This document shows positions 18,438 through 28,629 of a DNA stretch of 64,000 nt, one piece after another (position 1 is the stretch's first letter; each line of letters begins with the position of its first letter). Source of the stretch: an uncultured Flavobacteriaceae bacterium (lineage in GTDB: Bacteria > Bacteroidota > Bacteroidia > Flavobacteriales > Flavobacteriaceae); NCBI GenBank assembly GCA_964275595.1, contig CAXYDM010000025.1, positions 15,069 through 79,068 on the forward strand, given 5' to 3'. Both the position numbers and the translations under genes were made by a program. The notes below the pieces were generated by a model. That model worked only from the letters and a program-made list of their open reading frames with translations. It searched no databases and was not told the origin of the DNA.

Positions 18438-21400
18438 ATGATAAAAAAAATATTTAATTTATTATTTTCTACTCGCCTTACCGGCATGCTGTTTATTGTT
18501 TTTGCAATAGCGATGGCTGTTGGTACTTTTTTAGATGCAGGTCAAGATACCTCACCAACTCCTTATTCAAGAACTTTAATATTTAATGCTCTTTGGTTTG
18601 AGTTAATTATGTTGTTTTTTATTGTAAATTTTACTGGAAATATATTTAAATATAATCTTCTTAGTTTAAAAAAATGGCCAGTATTATTACTTCATTTTTC
18701 TTGGATTTTTATAATACTAGGTGCTTTTATCACCAGATATCACGGTTTTGAAGGGGTAATGAGTATTAGAGAGGGTGAAACTGAAAACTCATTTATAAGT
18801 GAAAAGACATATGTTAAAATATACATAGATGGAGAGTATGCTATTGATGGAATTACTCAAAGACGTGCAATCGAGGAAGCTGTTGATTTTTCTCCAAGGT
18901 TAAATAATAAATTTAGTATTAATACTTCTTACGATGATAAAAAAATTAACATTGAATTAGTTGAATTTATACAAGGAGCAGAAAAAGATATTATTCCAGA
19001 TATTAATGGGGAGGAGTATTTGAAAATAGTTGAGGCAGGTGATGGGGTGCCTCATAATCATTTTCTGAAAATGGGTGAGGTTCAAAGTTTACACAATGTT
19101 TTATATGCCTTAAACAAACCTACAAAAGGAGCAGTCAATATTACTTATACAGATAATGCGGAATTATTTATTGAATCTCCTTTTGAGGGTGAGTATATGA
19201 TTATGGCATCTGGTACAAACGGAATATTAGAAAAAGATAAAAAACAAGTTTTAAATTTAAGATCTAGATATTTAATTGGTAATCAAGCTATAGTTTTTCC
19301 AAAGAATGTAGTTAAAGGTGTGTTTGATATAGTTCAAAAACCAGAAATTTTAAAGAGCGATGAAGATGGAATCGCTCTTAAAATATCATCAAATAGTGAA
19401 GAGAAAATTATTAAGGTCCTTGGAGGTAAAGGAATTAATAGTCCTTTCGAAGAGTTTGTTATAGATGGACTTAATTTTAATATTAGATATGGAGCAAAAG
19501 TTTATGATTTACCATTTAGTATAAAATTAAATGATTTTATAGCTGATAAATACCCTGGTAGTGAGACTAGTTACTCATCTTTTGCAAGTGAAGTCACTGT
19601 TATTGATGAAAAACCATTTGATTTTAGAATTTTTATGAATAACATTTTAAATCACAAGGGTTATCGTTTCTTTCAGGCCTCTTTTGATCCTGACGAAAAA
19701 GGGACTGTTCTTTCTGTAAATAAAGACGCTTTAGGAACATTTGTCACTTATCTTGGTTATATTCTCTTATATATTGGGCTCATGGCTATTATGTTTGCTA
19801 GATTTACAAGATTTGACTTTTTAAGAAATCAAATTTTGAAAATAAAAAAACAGAAACAAAGGTTAGCTTTAATTCTGGTTTTTTTAACTTCTGTAAACCT
19901 TTTTTCACAATCTAATGACAATCACCTTCACGCAAAGACAGATGTCGAAATTATTGATTCTATTTTAGGGAAGAATATCGTTCCAAAACATGAGGCTTTA
20001 AAATTTGGTAATATTGTAATTCAAGATCTTTCTGGAAGAATGATGCCGGTAAATACATTTGCATCTGAATTTTTAAGAAAATTAAGTAAAAAAGACCACT
20101 ATGGAGAATTTGATGCTAATCAAGTTTTTCTCTCCATTCAAGAAAGTCCGCTTTTGTGGTACAATGTCCCTGTAATTTATCTTAAAATCAAAAAAGGAGA
20201 TTCAATTAGAAGCATAATAGGTGCCAACAAATCTCAAAAGCTTGTGCCTTTGGTTAATTTTTTCACGGAAAGAGGTGAATATAAGTTAGCTCCTTATTTA
20301 GAAGATGCTTACAAAGCACAAGTACCAACTGGCTATCAAAAAGAATTTAAAGAGACCGATCAAAGGGTTAATCTTTTATATAATATGATTGAAGGTAATT
20401 CATTAAAGTTTTTCCCAGTACCAAATGATGAAAACGATAAATGGATTTCTCCAAAAGAAAATATAGAGGATCCAAGTTTAGTAAAAGATTCTCTTTACTC
20501 AAATTTTATTAATACAGGATTCAAAACATATTTATATATGTTAAATGAGGATAAAATCATGAACGATTTTAGTCAAAGCAGCAATGTTTTGCAAGGAATT
20601 TTAAGTGCCCAATATAAATTTGGAGGAGATGTTATGCTTAGTGCTGAAAAAATCGAAGCAGAGGTACTTTACAATAAACATGATATTTTTAAAAAGTTAT
20701 TTAGTTGGTATTTATATGCTGGAACACTATTGTTTATTGTTTTAATAACACAGATATTTAAAAATAATAATATCATTAATTTATCTATCAAAATTCTAAA
20801 GGCTGTAATTATATTTTTATTTATACTACACACTTTTGGGTTAATTTGGAGATGGTATATTTCAGGACATGCACCATGGAGTGATGCATATGAATCGATG
20901 ATTTATGTAGCTTGGGCTACCATGTTTTTTGGTCTTGCTTTTGGAAGAAAAAGTGATTTAACCTTAGCGTCTACAACCTTTATAGTTTCCATGATACTAA
21001 TGATAGCTCATTGGAGCTGGATGGACCCTGCTATTGCTAACTTACAACCTGTTTTAGATAGTTATTGGTTGATGATACATGTAGCTGTTATAGTAGGTAG
21101 TTATGGCCCATTTGCCTTGAGTATGATTCTTGGGTTTGTTTCTTTATTTTTAATGATACTTACCAATTCATCCAATAAATCTATAATGAAACTTAATATA
21201 AAAGAGCTTACATTAATTAATGAGATGTCTTTGACAGTAGGTCTAGTTATGCTCACCATTGGAAATTTTCTGGGTGGTATGTGGGCAAATGAAAGTTGGG
21301 GAAGATATTGGGGTTGGGATCCTAAAGAAACCTGGGCTCTAATAAGTATAATGGTATATGCTTTTGTCTTACACATGCGTTTAATACCCGGATTAAAAAG

Positions 21401-21608
21401 TAGGTTTGTATACAGTATAGCTTCTATATTATCTTTTGCTAGTATATTAATGACTTATTTTGGAGTTAATTTTTACTTAGCTGGTCTTCATTCTTATGCT
21501 AAAGACGATCAACAAATAAGTTTCTTATATTCAGGTATAGCCTTACTTGTCGTTGTAATTATGGGAGTTTTAGCTTATCCAAAACATAAAAAGTATTTAA
21601 AAAATTAA
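18438..21608 (+). CDS. ccsBA: cytochrome c biogenesis protein, fused ResB(CcsB)-CcsA
   Basis: 1056 aa; ResB-like N-terminal half; C-terminal heme-handling WWD motif WANESWGRYWGWDPKETWA with conserved His residues. Confidence 0.85.
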   Translation: MIKKIFNLLFSTRLTGMLFIVFAIAMAVGTFLDAGQDTSPTPYSRTLIFNALWFELIMLFFIVNFTGNIFKYNLLSLKKWPVLLLHFSWIFIILGAFITRYHGFEGVMSIREGETENSFISEKTYVKIYIDGEYAIDGITQRRAIEEAVDFSPRLNNKFSINTSYDDKKINIELVEFIQGAEKDIIPDINGEEYLKIVEAGDGVPHNHFLKMGEVQSLHNVLYALNKPTKGAVNITYTDNAELFIESPFEGEYMIMASGTNGILEKDKKQVLNLRSRYLIGNQAIVFPKNVVKGVFDIVQKPEILKSDEDGIALKISSNSEEKIIKVLGGKGINSPFEEFVIDGLNFNIRYGAKVYDLPFSIKLNDFIADKYPGSETSYSSFASEVTVIDEKPFDFRIFMNNILNHKGYRFFQASFDPDEKGTVLSVNKDALGTFVTYLGYILLYIGLMAIMFARFTRFDFLRNQILKIKKQKQRLALILVFLTSVNLFSQSNDNHLHAKTDVEIIDSILGKNIVPKHEALKFGNIVIQDLSGRMMPVNTFASEFLRKLSKKDHYGEFDANQVFLSIQESPLLWYNVPVIYLKIKKGDSIRSIIGANKSQKLVPLVNFFTERGEYKLAPYLEDAYKAQVPTGYQKEFKETDQRVNLLYNMIEGNSLKFFPVPNDENDKWISPKENIEDPSLVKDSLYSNFINTGFKTYLYMLNEDKIMNDFSQSSNVLQGILSAQYKFGGDVMLSAEKIEAEVLYNKHDIFKKLFSWYLYAGTLLFIVLITQIFKNNNIINLSIKILKAVIIFLFILHTFGLIWRWYISGHAPWSDAYESMIYVAWATMFFGLAFGRKSDLTLASTTFIVSMILMIAHWSWMDPAIANLQPVLDSYWLMIHVAVIVGSYGPFALSMILGFVSLFLMILTNSSNKSIMKLNIKELTLINEMSLTVGLVMLTIGNFLGGMWANESWGRYWGWDPKETWALISIMVYAFVLHMRLIPGLKSRFVYSIASILSFASILMTYFGVNFYLAGLHSYAKDDQQISFLYSGIALLVVVIMGVLAYPKHKKYLKN

Positions 21609-21636
21609 TTGTAATTTTATATCAATTAATATAATA

Positions 21637-22791
21637 ATGAAAAAAAATAATAAGGGAGAAAACACAATTTGCGCTCATGAAGGAGAAGTGGTAGATACAC
21701 AGTTTGGTGGATCTGTTTCTCCAATCTTTGTTTCAACTTCCTATGAGTATATAAATAAAGATATTAGTAGGTATCCTAGATATTTTAACACACCAAATCA
21801 GGAAGCATTATGTAAAAAAATATCTGCATTAGAATGTTCTGAATCTGCAATGATTTTTGGATCAGGAATGGCTGCAATTAGTACAACCCTTTTGGCTTTT
21901 TTGTCCTCAGGAGACCATATTTTATTACAAAAAGATATTTATGGTGGAACTAGAAATTTAGTTGAGGCCCAGTTTGATAGATACAACATAGATTACACTT
22001 TTACAGATGATATTAATTTAAAAGATTTTAAATCTGCAATTAAAAAGAATACCAAAGTTATATACATTGAAACACCCTCAAATCCACTTTTGAAAATTAT
22101 TGATATTGAAAAAATCGCAGAATTTGCAAAATCAAAAGATATAATAACAATTATTGATAACACATTTGCGACTCCAATAATTCAAAAACCTATTTTATTT
22201 GGTGTAGACATTGTTCTTCACAGCGCTACAAAATATTTTGGAGGTCATAGCGATATTAGTGCTGGAGCAGTAGCTGCTTCCCAAGCTCATATCGATAAGA
22301 TTTGGAACTTAGCCAAAAATTTAGGAGGTAATCTTAGTGATTATTCTGTATGGCTTTTAGAAAGAAGTATGAAAACTCTTTCAATAAGAGTTAAGGCTCA
22401 ACAAAAAAATGCAAATAAACTTGCAAAATATTTATCTAAATCAAGTTTCATAAAAAAAGTTTATTATCCTGGACTTAAAAGCCACCCAAATCACATCTTA
22501 GCAAAAAAACAAATGAAAGGATATGGAGCAATGATATCTTTTGAATTTATTGATAAAATTGATCCTTCACTATTTTTAACTTCCTTAAATTTAATCAAAC
22601 CCTCTATGAGTCTTGCAGGAGTTGAAAGCACTATGCTAAGTCCTGCAGAAACCTCTCATTACCTTTTAACTGAAAATGAGAGACTTAGTCAAGGAATAAC
22701 AAATGAGCTAATTAGATTTTCTGTTGGAATTGAGAATAAAAAAGATATTATCATGGATATTGAACATGCAATTAAACTTGCACTTAAATAA
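21637..22791 (+). CDS. Cys/Met-metabolism PLP enzyme (cystathionine gamma-synthase/beta-lyase family)
   Basis: 384 aa; PLP-lysine motif HSATKYFGGHSD; DNTFATP. Confidence 0.8.
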   Translation: MKKNNKGENTICAHEGEVVDTQFGGSVSPIFVSTSYEYINKDISRYPRYFNTPNQEALCKKISALECSESAMIFGSGMAAISTTLLAFLSSGDHILLQKDIYGGTRNLVEAQFDRYNIDYTFTDDINLKDFKSAIKKNTKVIYIETPSNPLLKIIDIEKIAEFAKSKDIITIIDNTFATPIIQKPILFGVDIVLHSATKYFGGHSDISAGAVAASQAHIDKIWNLAKNLGGNLSDYSVWLLERSMKTLSIRVKAQQKNANKLAKYLSKSSFIKKVYYPGLKSHPNHILAKKQMKGYGAMISFEFIDKIDPSLFLTSLNLIKPSMSLAGVESTMLSPAETSHYLLTENERLSQGITNELIRFSVGIENKKDIIMDIEHAIKLALK

Positions 22792-22796
22792 TTAAT

Positions 22797-23519
22797 ATGA
22801 AACTAGATATACTAGCAATAGGAGCCCATCCTGATGATGTTGAATTAGGATGCTCAGGAACTTTGGCAAAAGAAATTCACCAAGGAAAATCAGTTGGTAT
22901 TTTAGATTTAACAAGAGGTGAGCTTGGAACCAGAGGAAGCGCTGAAATCCGAGATAAAGAATCTGCAGCTGCCGCTAAAATATTAAATATTAAAATTAGA
23001 GAAAATTTATCTTTTTCAGATGGATTTTTTATCAATGATAAACATCATCAAATTGAAATAATAAAAATAATTAGAAAATATAGACCTGAAGTAGTTTTTT
23101 GCAATGCTGTTGATGATAGACACATTGATCATCCAAAAGCGAGTCAATTAGTTAGTGCATCATGTTTTTTAAGTGGACTTACCAAAATTAATACAAAATT
23201 AGATGGCTCTAATACTTTTCAAGAAGAGTGGAGACCGAAATTTATTTATCACTATTTACAATGGAAAAATATATCACCGGATATATGTGTTGATATTTCT
23301 GATTTTATGACAATTAAATTAAAAGCAGTTATGGCTTATAAATCTCAATTTTTTAAAGAAGGATTGAGTGAGAAAAACACTCCAATATCTACTAAAAATT
23401 TTATTGATAGTGTTGAGTATAGAGCTAGAGATTTAGGTCGCCTTAGTGGAGTAGATTACGCAGAGGGTTTTACAGTTGAAAGATGTCCTTTAGTAAATTC
23501 AATCTTTGATTTAAAATAG
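22797..23519 (+). CDS. bshB1: bacillithiol biosynthesis deacetylase (LmbE/PIG-L family)
   Basis: 240 aa; ILAIGAHPDDVELGCSGTLAK...HIDHPKA. Confidence 0.8.
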   Translation: MKLDILAIGAHPDDVELGCSGTLAKEIHQGKSVGILDLTRGELGTRGSAEIRDKESAAAAKILNIKIRENLSFSDGFFINDKHHQIEIIKIIRKYRPEVVFCNAVDDRHIDHPKASQLVSASCFLSGLTKINTKLDGSNTFQEEWRPKFIYHYLQWKNISPDICVDISDFMTIKLKAVMAYKSQFFKEGLSEKNTPISTKNFIDSVEYRARDLGRLSGVDYAEGFTVERCPLVNSIFDLK

Positions 23520-23576
23520 TTTTTAAAAATCTTTGTAACATATAACAAAAGATTTACATTTGCATCCGTTACAAAT

Positions 23577-23651
23577 GGTGGTTGTAGCTCAGTTGGTTAG
23601 AGCATTGGTTTGTGGTACCAAGGGTCGCCGGTTCGAATCCGGTCTTCCACC
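23577..23651 (+). tRNA. tRNA-His (GTG)
   Basis: G(-1) GTGGTTG TA GCTC-AGTTGGTTA-GAGC A TTGGT-TTGTGGT-ACCAA GGGTC GCCGG-TTCGAAT-CCGGT CTTCCAC C. The extra G-1 opposite C73 is the bacterial His identity element. The acceptor stem has U5/U68 and U6/U67 mismatches. Confidence 0.85.
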
Positions 23652-23652
23652 C

Positions 23653-23690
23653 AAAAAAAAGCCTTTCACAAGAAAGGCTTTTTTTATTTT
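23653..23690. terminator. bidirectional rho-independent terminator
   Basis: A-run, hairpin AAGCCTTTC-ACAA-GAAAGGCTT, T-run. Lies between tRNA-His (+) and the convergent M28 peptidase gene (-). Confidence 0.75.
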
Positions 23691-23691
23691 A

Positions 23692-25257
23692 TTATTTGTT
23701 TCGAATTCTTTCATCTCGATTAGCTAATTCCCAGGCGGTATGAAATATTAACTTAGTTCTTTGTTGGAGTAAATCAAATTCAATTTTATCGACTGTATCG
23801 GTTGGTTTATGATAATCTTCATGAGTTCCTGAAAAATAAAAAATTATAGGAATATTTTTTTCTGCAAAATTGTAATGATCAGATCTGTAGTAGTATCTAT
23901 TTTCAATGTATCTACCTGATTCAAAGACTTTTCTAGTAGGGTCATTGTATCTGTAATCTAAAACTAAATTGGAATATTTTTTTGCAATTTCTTCTGAAAC
24001 ATCATGTAAATCTTGTGATATTATGTCAGAACCAATTAGGTAAATATAATTTCTATTTTTTTCCTCTCTATTAGGATCGATTCTCCCAATCATATCAATA
24101 TTAAGGTTTGTAACCGTATTTTTTAGTGGAACAATGGGGTCGTAATTTGTATAATATTTAGACCCTAACAATCCTTTCTCTTCAGCAGTCATGTGTAAAA
24201 ATATAATGGATCTTCTTGGACCATACCCATCATTTACAGCCTTTTGAAATGCCTCAGAAATTTGCATTATTGCAACTGTTCCTGAACCGTCATCATCAGC
24301 TCCATTATATACTTCACCATCACTCATGCCAACATGATCTAGATGCGCTGTAATTATTATGTATTCTTCAGGAAATTCACTTCCTTTAATTATGGCTGCA
24401 ACATTTTGAGATTTGATTTTTTTCTCTTTAATGTTGTAATTAATTTTAATTTTTGTTTTAATTTTTTGGCTTGAATTAGTAAGACTTTTCTTTTTATTTA
24501 TTGTTATTTCATTTGAAATTGTTTCACCTATGACAAAACTAGGAATATCTTTACTTTCTTCAGTTTCTGTATTCACATCTAACTCAAGTCTTTCATTTTC
24601 CTCATGTCCGCGCCTTTTGTACGAATCCCCATATCTTTTTAACATGTCTTCATCTATGTATAAAAATGCTACAGCACCTAAATCAATTGCTTGTTGTTTT
24701 TTTAGTGTAAACGACCCTCCTTTAGACCATTTGCTTTGCTCTTCAGTAGTTTTGGTTAAACTGTAATTTCCTTCTTCATTTTTTGGCTCTCCTTTAGTTG
24801 CAATTACTATTTTGTTTTTCACATCGATGTTTTCATAGTCATTGTATTGTGAATCATTAATTCCATATCCTACATAAATTACTTGTTTAGATTTTACATC
24901 AAAATCATCTTCTCCAGCTGACAGAATTACATAATCATCATATTTTACAAACTCTTTGTTGTTTATTGTTATACTGACTTTGGGCTCTTTAATTGATTTA
25001 AGAGGAACTGTTTGGAAGTAAGTATCATTAATTAATGAATTAATATTATTTTTAATGTAATGTTCTTTTAAATACTCAACAGCAATTGTTTGTCCTTTTT
25101 TTCCAGCTTCCCTACCTTCAAATTCATCAGAGGAATAGGTGTATAATTTCTCTTTCAATTTATCTAATTCAATGGTATTGGAATAATCTAGAACGTTTTG
25201 GGATTGAACATTTAAATAGCTGAAAAATAAAAAAAATGATATAAAGTAATATTTCAT
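23692..25257 (-). CDS. secreted M28 family aminopeptidase with PA domain
   Basis: 521 aa; signal peptide; zinc ligand motifs AHLDHVG, GADDDGSG, TAEEKGLLGS, HEDYHKPTD. Confidence 0.85.
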   Translation of the reverse strand: MKYYFISFFLFFSYLNVQSQNVLDYSNTIELDKLKEKLYTYSSDEFEGREAGKKGQTIAVEYLKEHYIKNNINSLINDTYFQTVPLKSIKEPKVSITINNKEFVKYDDYVILSAGEDDFDVKSKQVIYVGYGINDSQYNDYENIDVKNKIVIATKGEPKNEEGNYSLTKTTEEQSKWSKGGSFTLKKQQAIDLGAVAFLYIDEDMLKRYGDSYKRRGHEENERLELDVNTETEESKDIPSFVIGETISNEITINKKKSLTNSSQKIKTKIKINYNIKEKKIKSQNVAAIIKGSEFPEEYIIITAHLDHVGMSDGEVYNGADDDGSGTVAIMQISEAFQKAVNDGYGPRRSIIFLHMTAEEKGLLGSKYYTNYDPIVPLKNTVTNLNIDMIGRIDPNREEKNRNYIYLIGSDIISQDLHDVSEEIAKKYSNLVLDYRYNDPTRKVFESGRYIENRYYYRSDHYNFAEKNIPIIFYFSGTHEDYHKPTDTVDKIEFDLLQQRTKLIFHTAWELANRDERIRNK

Positions 25258-25371
25258 AATTAGGGGGTATATTTTTCAAATTTCTACATTATAGAACAAT
25301 TTTTTCATAAGAAATTGTTAAAAACTCTAATTTTAGTTAATTTGCAACTTAATTTAAATACCAATAATATT

Positions 25372-25878
25372 ATGAAATACTTATTAAACAAATCATTTTT
25401 TTATTTAATAATTTTAGTTGTCTTTACTAGTTGTAACAGTAACCAAAATTCTAATAATGTCGATCTAGATGTTGTAAAGGCTGAAGCAACTGACTTTATC
25501 TCAAGTCAATTTAACTTTTATATTACAGGTGATATGGAACTTGCAAAAAATACTTTTGATTCGAATGCAGTTGTAATCGGAACTGATGCTTCTGAGTTTT
25601 GGACAGGATGGGATACAATGGAACCAGCTATAAAAGCGCAATTAGATGTAATTAAAGACGCTAAATTTGATGTGTCAAATTTAAATGTTGTTGTTAGTTC
25701 ACATGGGGATATGGCAGCATTCACTAGTGTTGTTGATTTTTCATTTACAGCAGGAGGTGAGCAAGGATCAATAAATGCCGTTAGAAATAGTGGTGTAGCT
25801 AGAAAGGTCGATGGAAAGTGGAGTATGATCCAACTTCATTGGTCAATTGGATTAGCTGGACAAGCAGTTGAATATTAA
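25372..25878 (+). CDS. NTF2-like (SnoaL/DUF4440-type) lipoprotein
   Basis: The Met at 25372 gives lipobox MKYLLNKSFFYLIILVVFTSC. C-terminal ARKVDGKWSMIQLHWS is typical of the NTF2 fold. The track start at 25315 adds a non-signal-like extension. Confidence 0.6.
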   Translation: MKYLLNKSFFYLIILVVFTSCNSNQNSNNVDLDVVKAEATDFISSQFNFYITGDMELAKNTFDSNAVVIGTDASEFWTGWDTMEPAIKAQLDVIKDAKFDVSNLNVVVSSHGDMAAFTSVVDFSFTAGGEQGSINAVRNSGVARKVDGKWSMIQLHWSIGLAGQAVEY

Positions 25879-25891
25879 TAAATAAATAAAC

Positions 25892-26404
25892 ATGAAAAAA
25901 ATAATTTTAATTTTAGCTGTGATAATTACAGCATGTAATGCCCCTGTAGAAGTAAATACCGAAGCTTCACAAGGCGCTGGTTTTTTCTTACCACAACCAG
26001 GTGAGAAATTTGTAGTTGGAAGTGATGATATAACTGATGTATGGAAGAAATATATCGATGCTCATAATAATAGAGATCTTGGAACTATATTGGCGATGGA
26101 ATCCGATTCTTTACTAATTGTAGACCCTACTGGTACTAGAATATCAGGTAAATTAGCTCATAAAGAAGCTTTGTCAGCATGGTTTGAAGCTGAAGAGCCT
26201 AAATGGAATATGTACTGGGCTATGCCTTACAAAGGAGTTCCAGGTGGAGCAGATTGGATTATTGCAGGCCATAGAGTGTCAATAAAAGTTGATGGAAAGG
26301 TAGTTGAACAAAATCACATGATTGATGCAAAAATTAGTGATGGTAAGGTAGATTTGTTTTATGTATATGCTCAAGATATTCCAGCAAAAGAAACTATAGA
26401 ATAA
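25892..26404 (+). CDS. NTF2-like (SnoaL-type) lipoprotein
   Basis: 170 aa; lipobox MKKIILILAVIITAC; VWKKYIDAHNNRDL... Confidence 0.5.
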   Translation: MKKIILILAVIITACNAPVEVNTEASQGAGFFLPQPGEKFVVGSDDITDVWKKYIDAHNNRDLGTILAMESDSLLIVDPTGTRISGKLAHKEALSAWFEAEEPKWNMYWAMPYKGVPGGADWIIAGHRVSIKVDGKVVEQNHMIDAKISDGKVDLFYVYAQDIPAKETIE

Positions 26405-26423
26405 CAAATATATAATATGTAAT

Positions 26424-26457
26424 AAAAAAAGCATTCTAATTTTAGAATGCTTTTTTT
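26424..26457. terminator. bidirectional rho-independent terminator
   Basis: AAAAAAA GCATTCTA-ATTT-TAGAATGC TTTTTTT between convergent genes. Confidence 0.75.
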
Positions 26458-26481
26458 GTTTGTAGTAATTGAATTATGATT

Positions 26482-27006
26482 TTATTCCATTTCTTGACTA
26501 AGAGCTAATTCTGCCATCATTTCTTGTGTATCATAATTGTGATATTCTTCAATTATTTTTCCATCCTCTCCCCATTTAAAGCCTATGTGTGCGGGAAGAA
26601 CAATTGTTTTGCCACTTACTTTTCCTGTAGCATTCCAATCAAACCAGGATTGAGTTAATGTTGAACTAGGATATTCCCCTATCGCTGGATAGGTTATGGT
26701 TTGAACCCAAACTCCAAGATCTTCTCCGCCTTCTTCACCAAAAGTCATAAGTATAGGGTCAAAACCAGCGTGTTGAGCTTCCAATAAACCAACAAATTCG
26801 TCAAGACTAATTGCTTGTTTAGAGTTTAAATAAACTTTAATATCTGGTGACCAAAGCTCTTTTAGACCATCCATATCATTGTTTAAGTAATTTTGAAAAT
26901 GTGTTCTAATTGCATTTGAATTTTCATCGTCAAAAGTAACTACAACATCATTGTTTGAACAACTCATTGTAAAGCCAACAAACAGAAGTAATAATAATTT
27001 TTTCAT
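26482..27006 (-). CDS. NTF2-like (SnoaL-type) lipoprotein
   Basis: 174 aa; lipobox MKKLLLLLFVGFTMSC; IRTHFQNYLNNDMDGLKELWSPDI... Confidence 0.5.
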   Translation of the reverse strand: MKKLLLLLFVGFTMSCSNNDVVVTFDDENSNAIRTHFQNYLNNDMDGLKELWSPDIKVYLNSKQAISLDEFVGLLEAQHAGFDPILMTFGEEGGEDLGVWVQTITYPAIGEYPSSTLTQSWFDWNATGKVSGKTIVLPAHIGFKWGEDGKIIEEYHNYDTQEMMAELALSQEME

Positions 27007-27059
27007 TTTATTTATTTAATAGTTAGTACTTAAATTTAACAAAAAATAAATATTTAGCT

Positions 27060-27785
27060 TTAGTAATGGGAATAAACTTTTTCAAAAGGAACCCTAAATT
27101 GTTTATTGTAAAGACCTTTTTCATCTCTTATTCCACAGCCAATAACCATATTTATTTCTGATTTTGATGGAAGATTTAATATTTTTTTTATTCTTAAAGT
27201 GTCGGTTCCTTCCATTGGACAGGTATCATAATTAATTGCAGCCATACTAATCATGAAATTTTGTGCAGCAAGCGCGATACTTTTATGAGCTACAATTCTA
27301 TTGTCACTTAATTTTGTTTGCCTGTAAATCGGTCTAAAAAGTCCAATAATTTGAAAAATAAAATATCTAATATATCCCAATACACCAAAGAAACTAGTGT
27401 AAATAGTTGGTATTAATTTATTGTAATAAAATAATACCGATTTCTTTCTTTTTTCTGTGTTTTTTCTAGGATTTTCTTTAAAGGAATTATTTAAAAAATC
27501 AACATTAGATTTTGCTCTTGATTTCCATAAATCCTTTCTGGTGACAAATACTACTAATTGATTAGCTGTTTTTGCAGCATTTTGATTCATACATGCTGGG
27601 CTAAGTTTTTTAATTAAATCTTTATCGGAAATATGAACAAATTCCCATAATTGTAAATTACTACTATTAGGAGCTAAGCTGGCATTAATAATACAATCTT
27701 TAACTTTTTCTGTATCTAAATTGATTTCTTTAAATATGCGTATAGATCTTCTATATTTTATAGCCTCTGAAACGGTCTTTTCCAT
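27060..27785 (-). CDS. nitroreductase family protein
   Basis: 241 aa; AIKYRRSIRIFK...APNSSNLQLWEF... Confidence 0.75.
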   Translation of the reverse strand: MEKTVSEAIKYRRSIRIFKEINLDTEKVKDCIINASLAPNSSNLQLWEFVHISDKDLIKKLSPACMNQNAAKTANQLVVFVTRKDLWKSRAKSNVDFLNNSFKENPRKNTEKRKKSVLFYYNKLIPTIYTSFFGVLGYIRYFIFQIIGLFRPIYRQTKLSDNRIVAHKSIALAAQNFMISMAAINYDTCPMEGTDTLRIKKILNLPSKSEINMVIGCGIRDEKGLYNKQFRVPFEKVYSHY

Positions 27786-27790
27786 TTTTA

Positions 27791-28476
27791 TTAATTTTTT
27801 TTTGGTATAAATTTAACGAGCATCATGAGTGTATAAGAAATTAACCCTATAAGAAGCATTATTAAAAAATAATACGGCCATTCTGGCATTAGCTTTGTAA
27901 ATGTAACTCCTGGGGGTTTACTTTGAGTAAACATATAATTACTACCTAATAAGATGTTTATTATTATCATTATTATTACTAAAAACGTTGTCCATTTTAC
28001 AGTACTAAAGTAATCTTTCCATGAAGGTCTGTAGCCATCAATTATTAGGGCTGCAACAACAATGAGTATCAATCCATGTGCAATAAAGTAGTGTATAAAT
28101 GTATAGACCATTGCTCCATCTTCTAAGTTGGTGTTAATAAAGGCAAAAAATGATCCACCAAAACCTGCAAAAAATAACCAATTTTGAAGACTTCTATTAT
28201 TTTTATTATAGTTATAGATAGGTATAATAATCGCGGATATATAGCACATTTCTAAGGGCAATGAATCTGTTAGTGACCACGAATTAAAATAAATTAGTAA
28301 GAATTGAAAAATAATTTCATTTAAAATTACAATTAACGAAATTGAATTTAATACTCTAGATTTATTTTTTGTATAGTATAAATGTAAATTAAGACTAATC
28401 CAATAATAACACTAAAAAATGTGAATACTAAGTGTTGGTAGGGTAGATTTCTAACTATATCAAAAACCTCATTCAT
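27791..28476 (-). pseudogene. polytopic membrane protein (YwaF/TIGR02206-like), frameshifted
   Basis: The track fragment 27791..28261 starts at a TTG (LPLEMCYIS...). The same frame is open upstream with no ATG (..KNKSRVLNSISLIVILNEIIFQFLLIYFNSWSLTDS). An ATG at 28476 opens MNEVFDIVRNLPYQHLVFTFFSVIIGLVLIYIYTIQK in another frame, which stops at 28348. The join must lie in 28351-28411, where there is a T6 run (28365-28370). Confidence 0.55.
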
Positions 28477-28629
28477 AGATTATTTAATTAATGCGTAAAT
28501 ATACTTATATATTATGTACATAATAATTTTCACATCATTTATATATTATGTTGTAAATATGTTTTGAGTATATCACTATATTTCTTATTTTGCATAACTA
28601 TACTAATACAAACAAAAAACAAATTAATT

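Noticed and set aside
23577-28629. tRNA-His as an integration site for a genomic island or mobile element
   Set aside because: No integrase, recombinase, transposase or phage gene follows the tRNA. I did not see a duplicated tRNA 3' end downstream. The adjacent genes (M28 peptidase, NTF2-like lipoproteins, nitroreductase) are ordinary chromosomal types.
28564-28629. Upstream alternative starts proposed by the ORF track (28564 for gene A, 25315, 32008, 37320, 50121, 11428)
   Set aside because: In each case an internal ATG gives a canonical signal peptide, lipobox or Rossmann N-terminus. The upstream extension is non-conserved, hydrophobic or AT-codon filler, or it overlaps the preceding gene.
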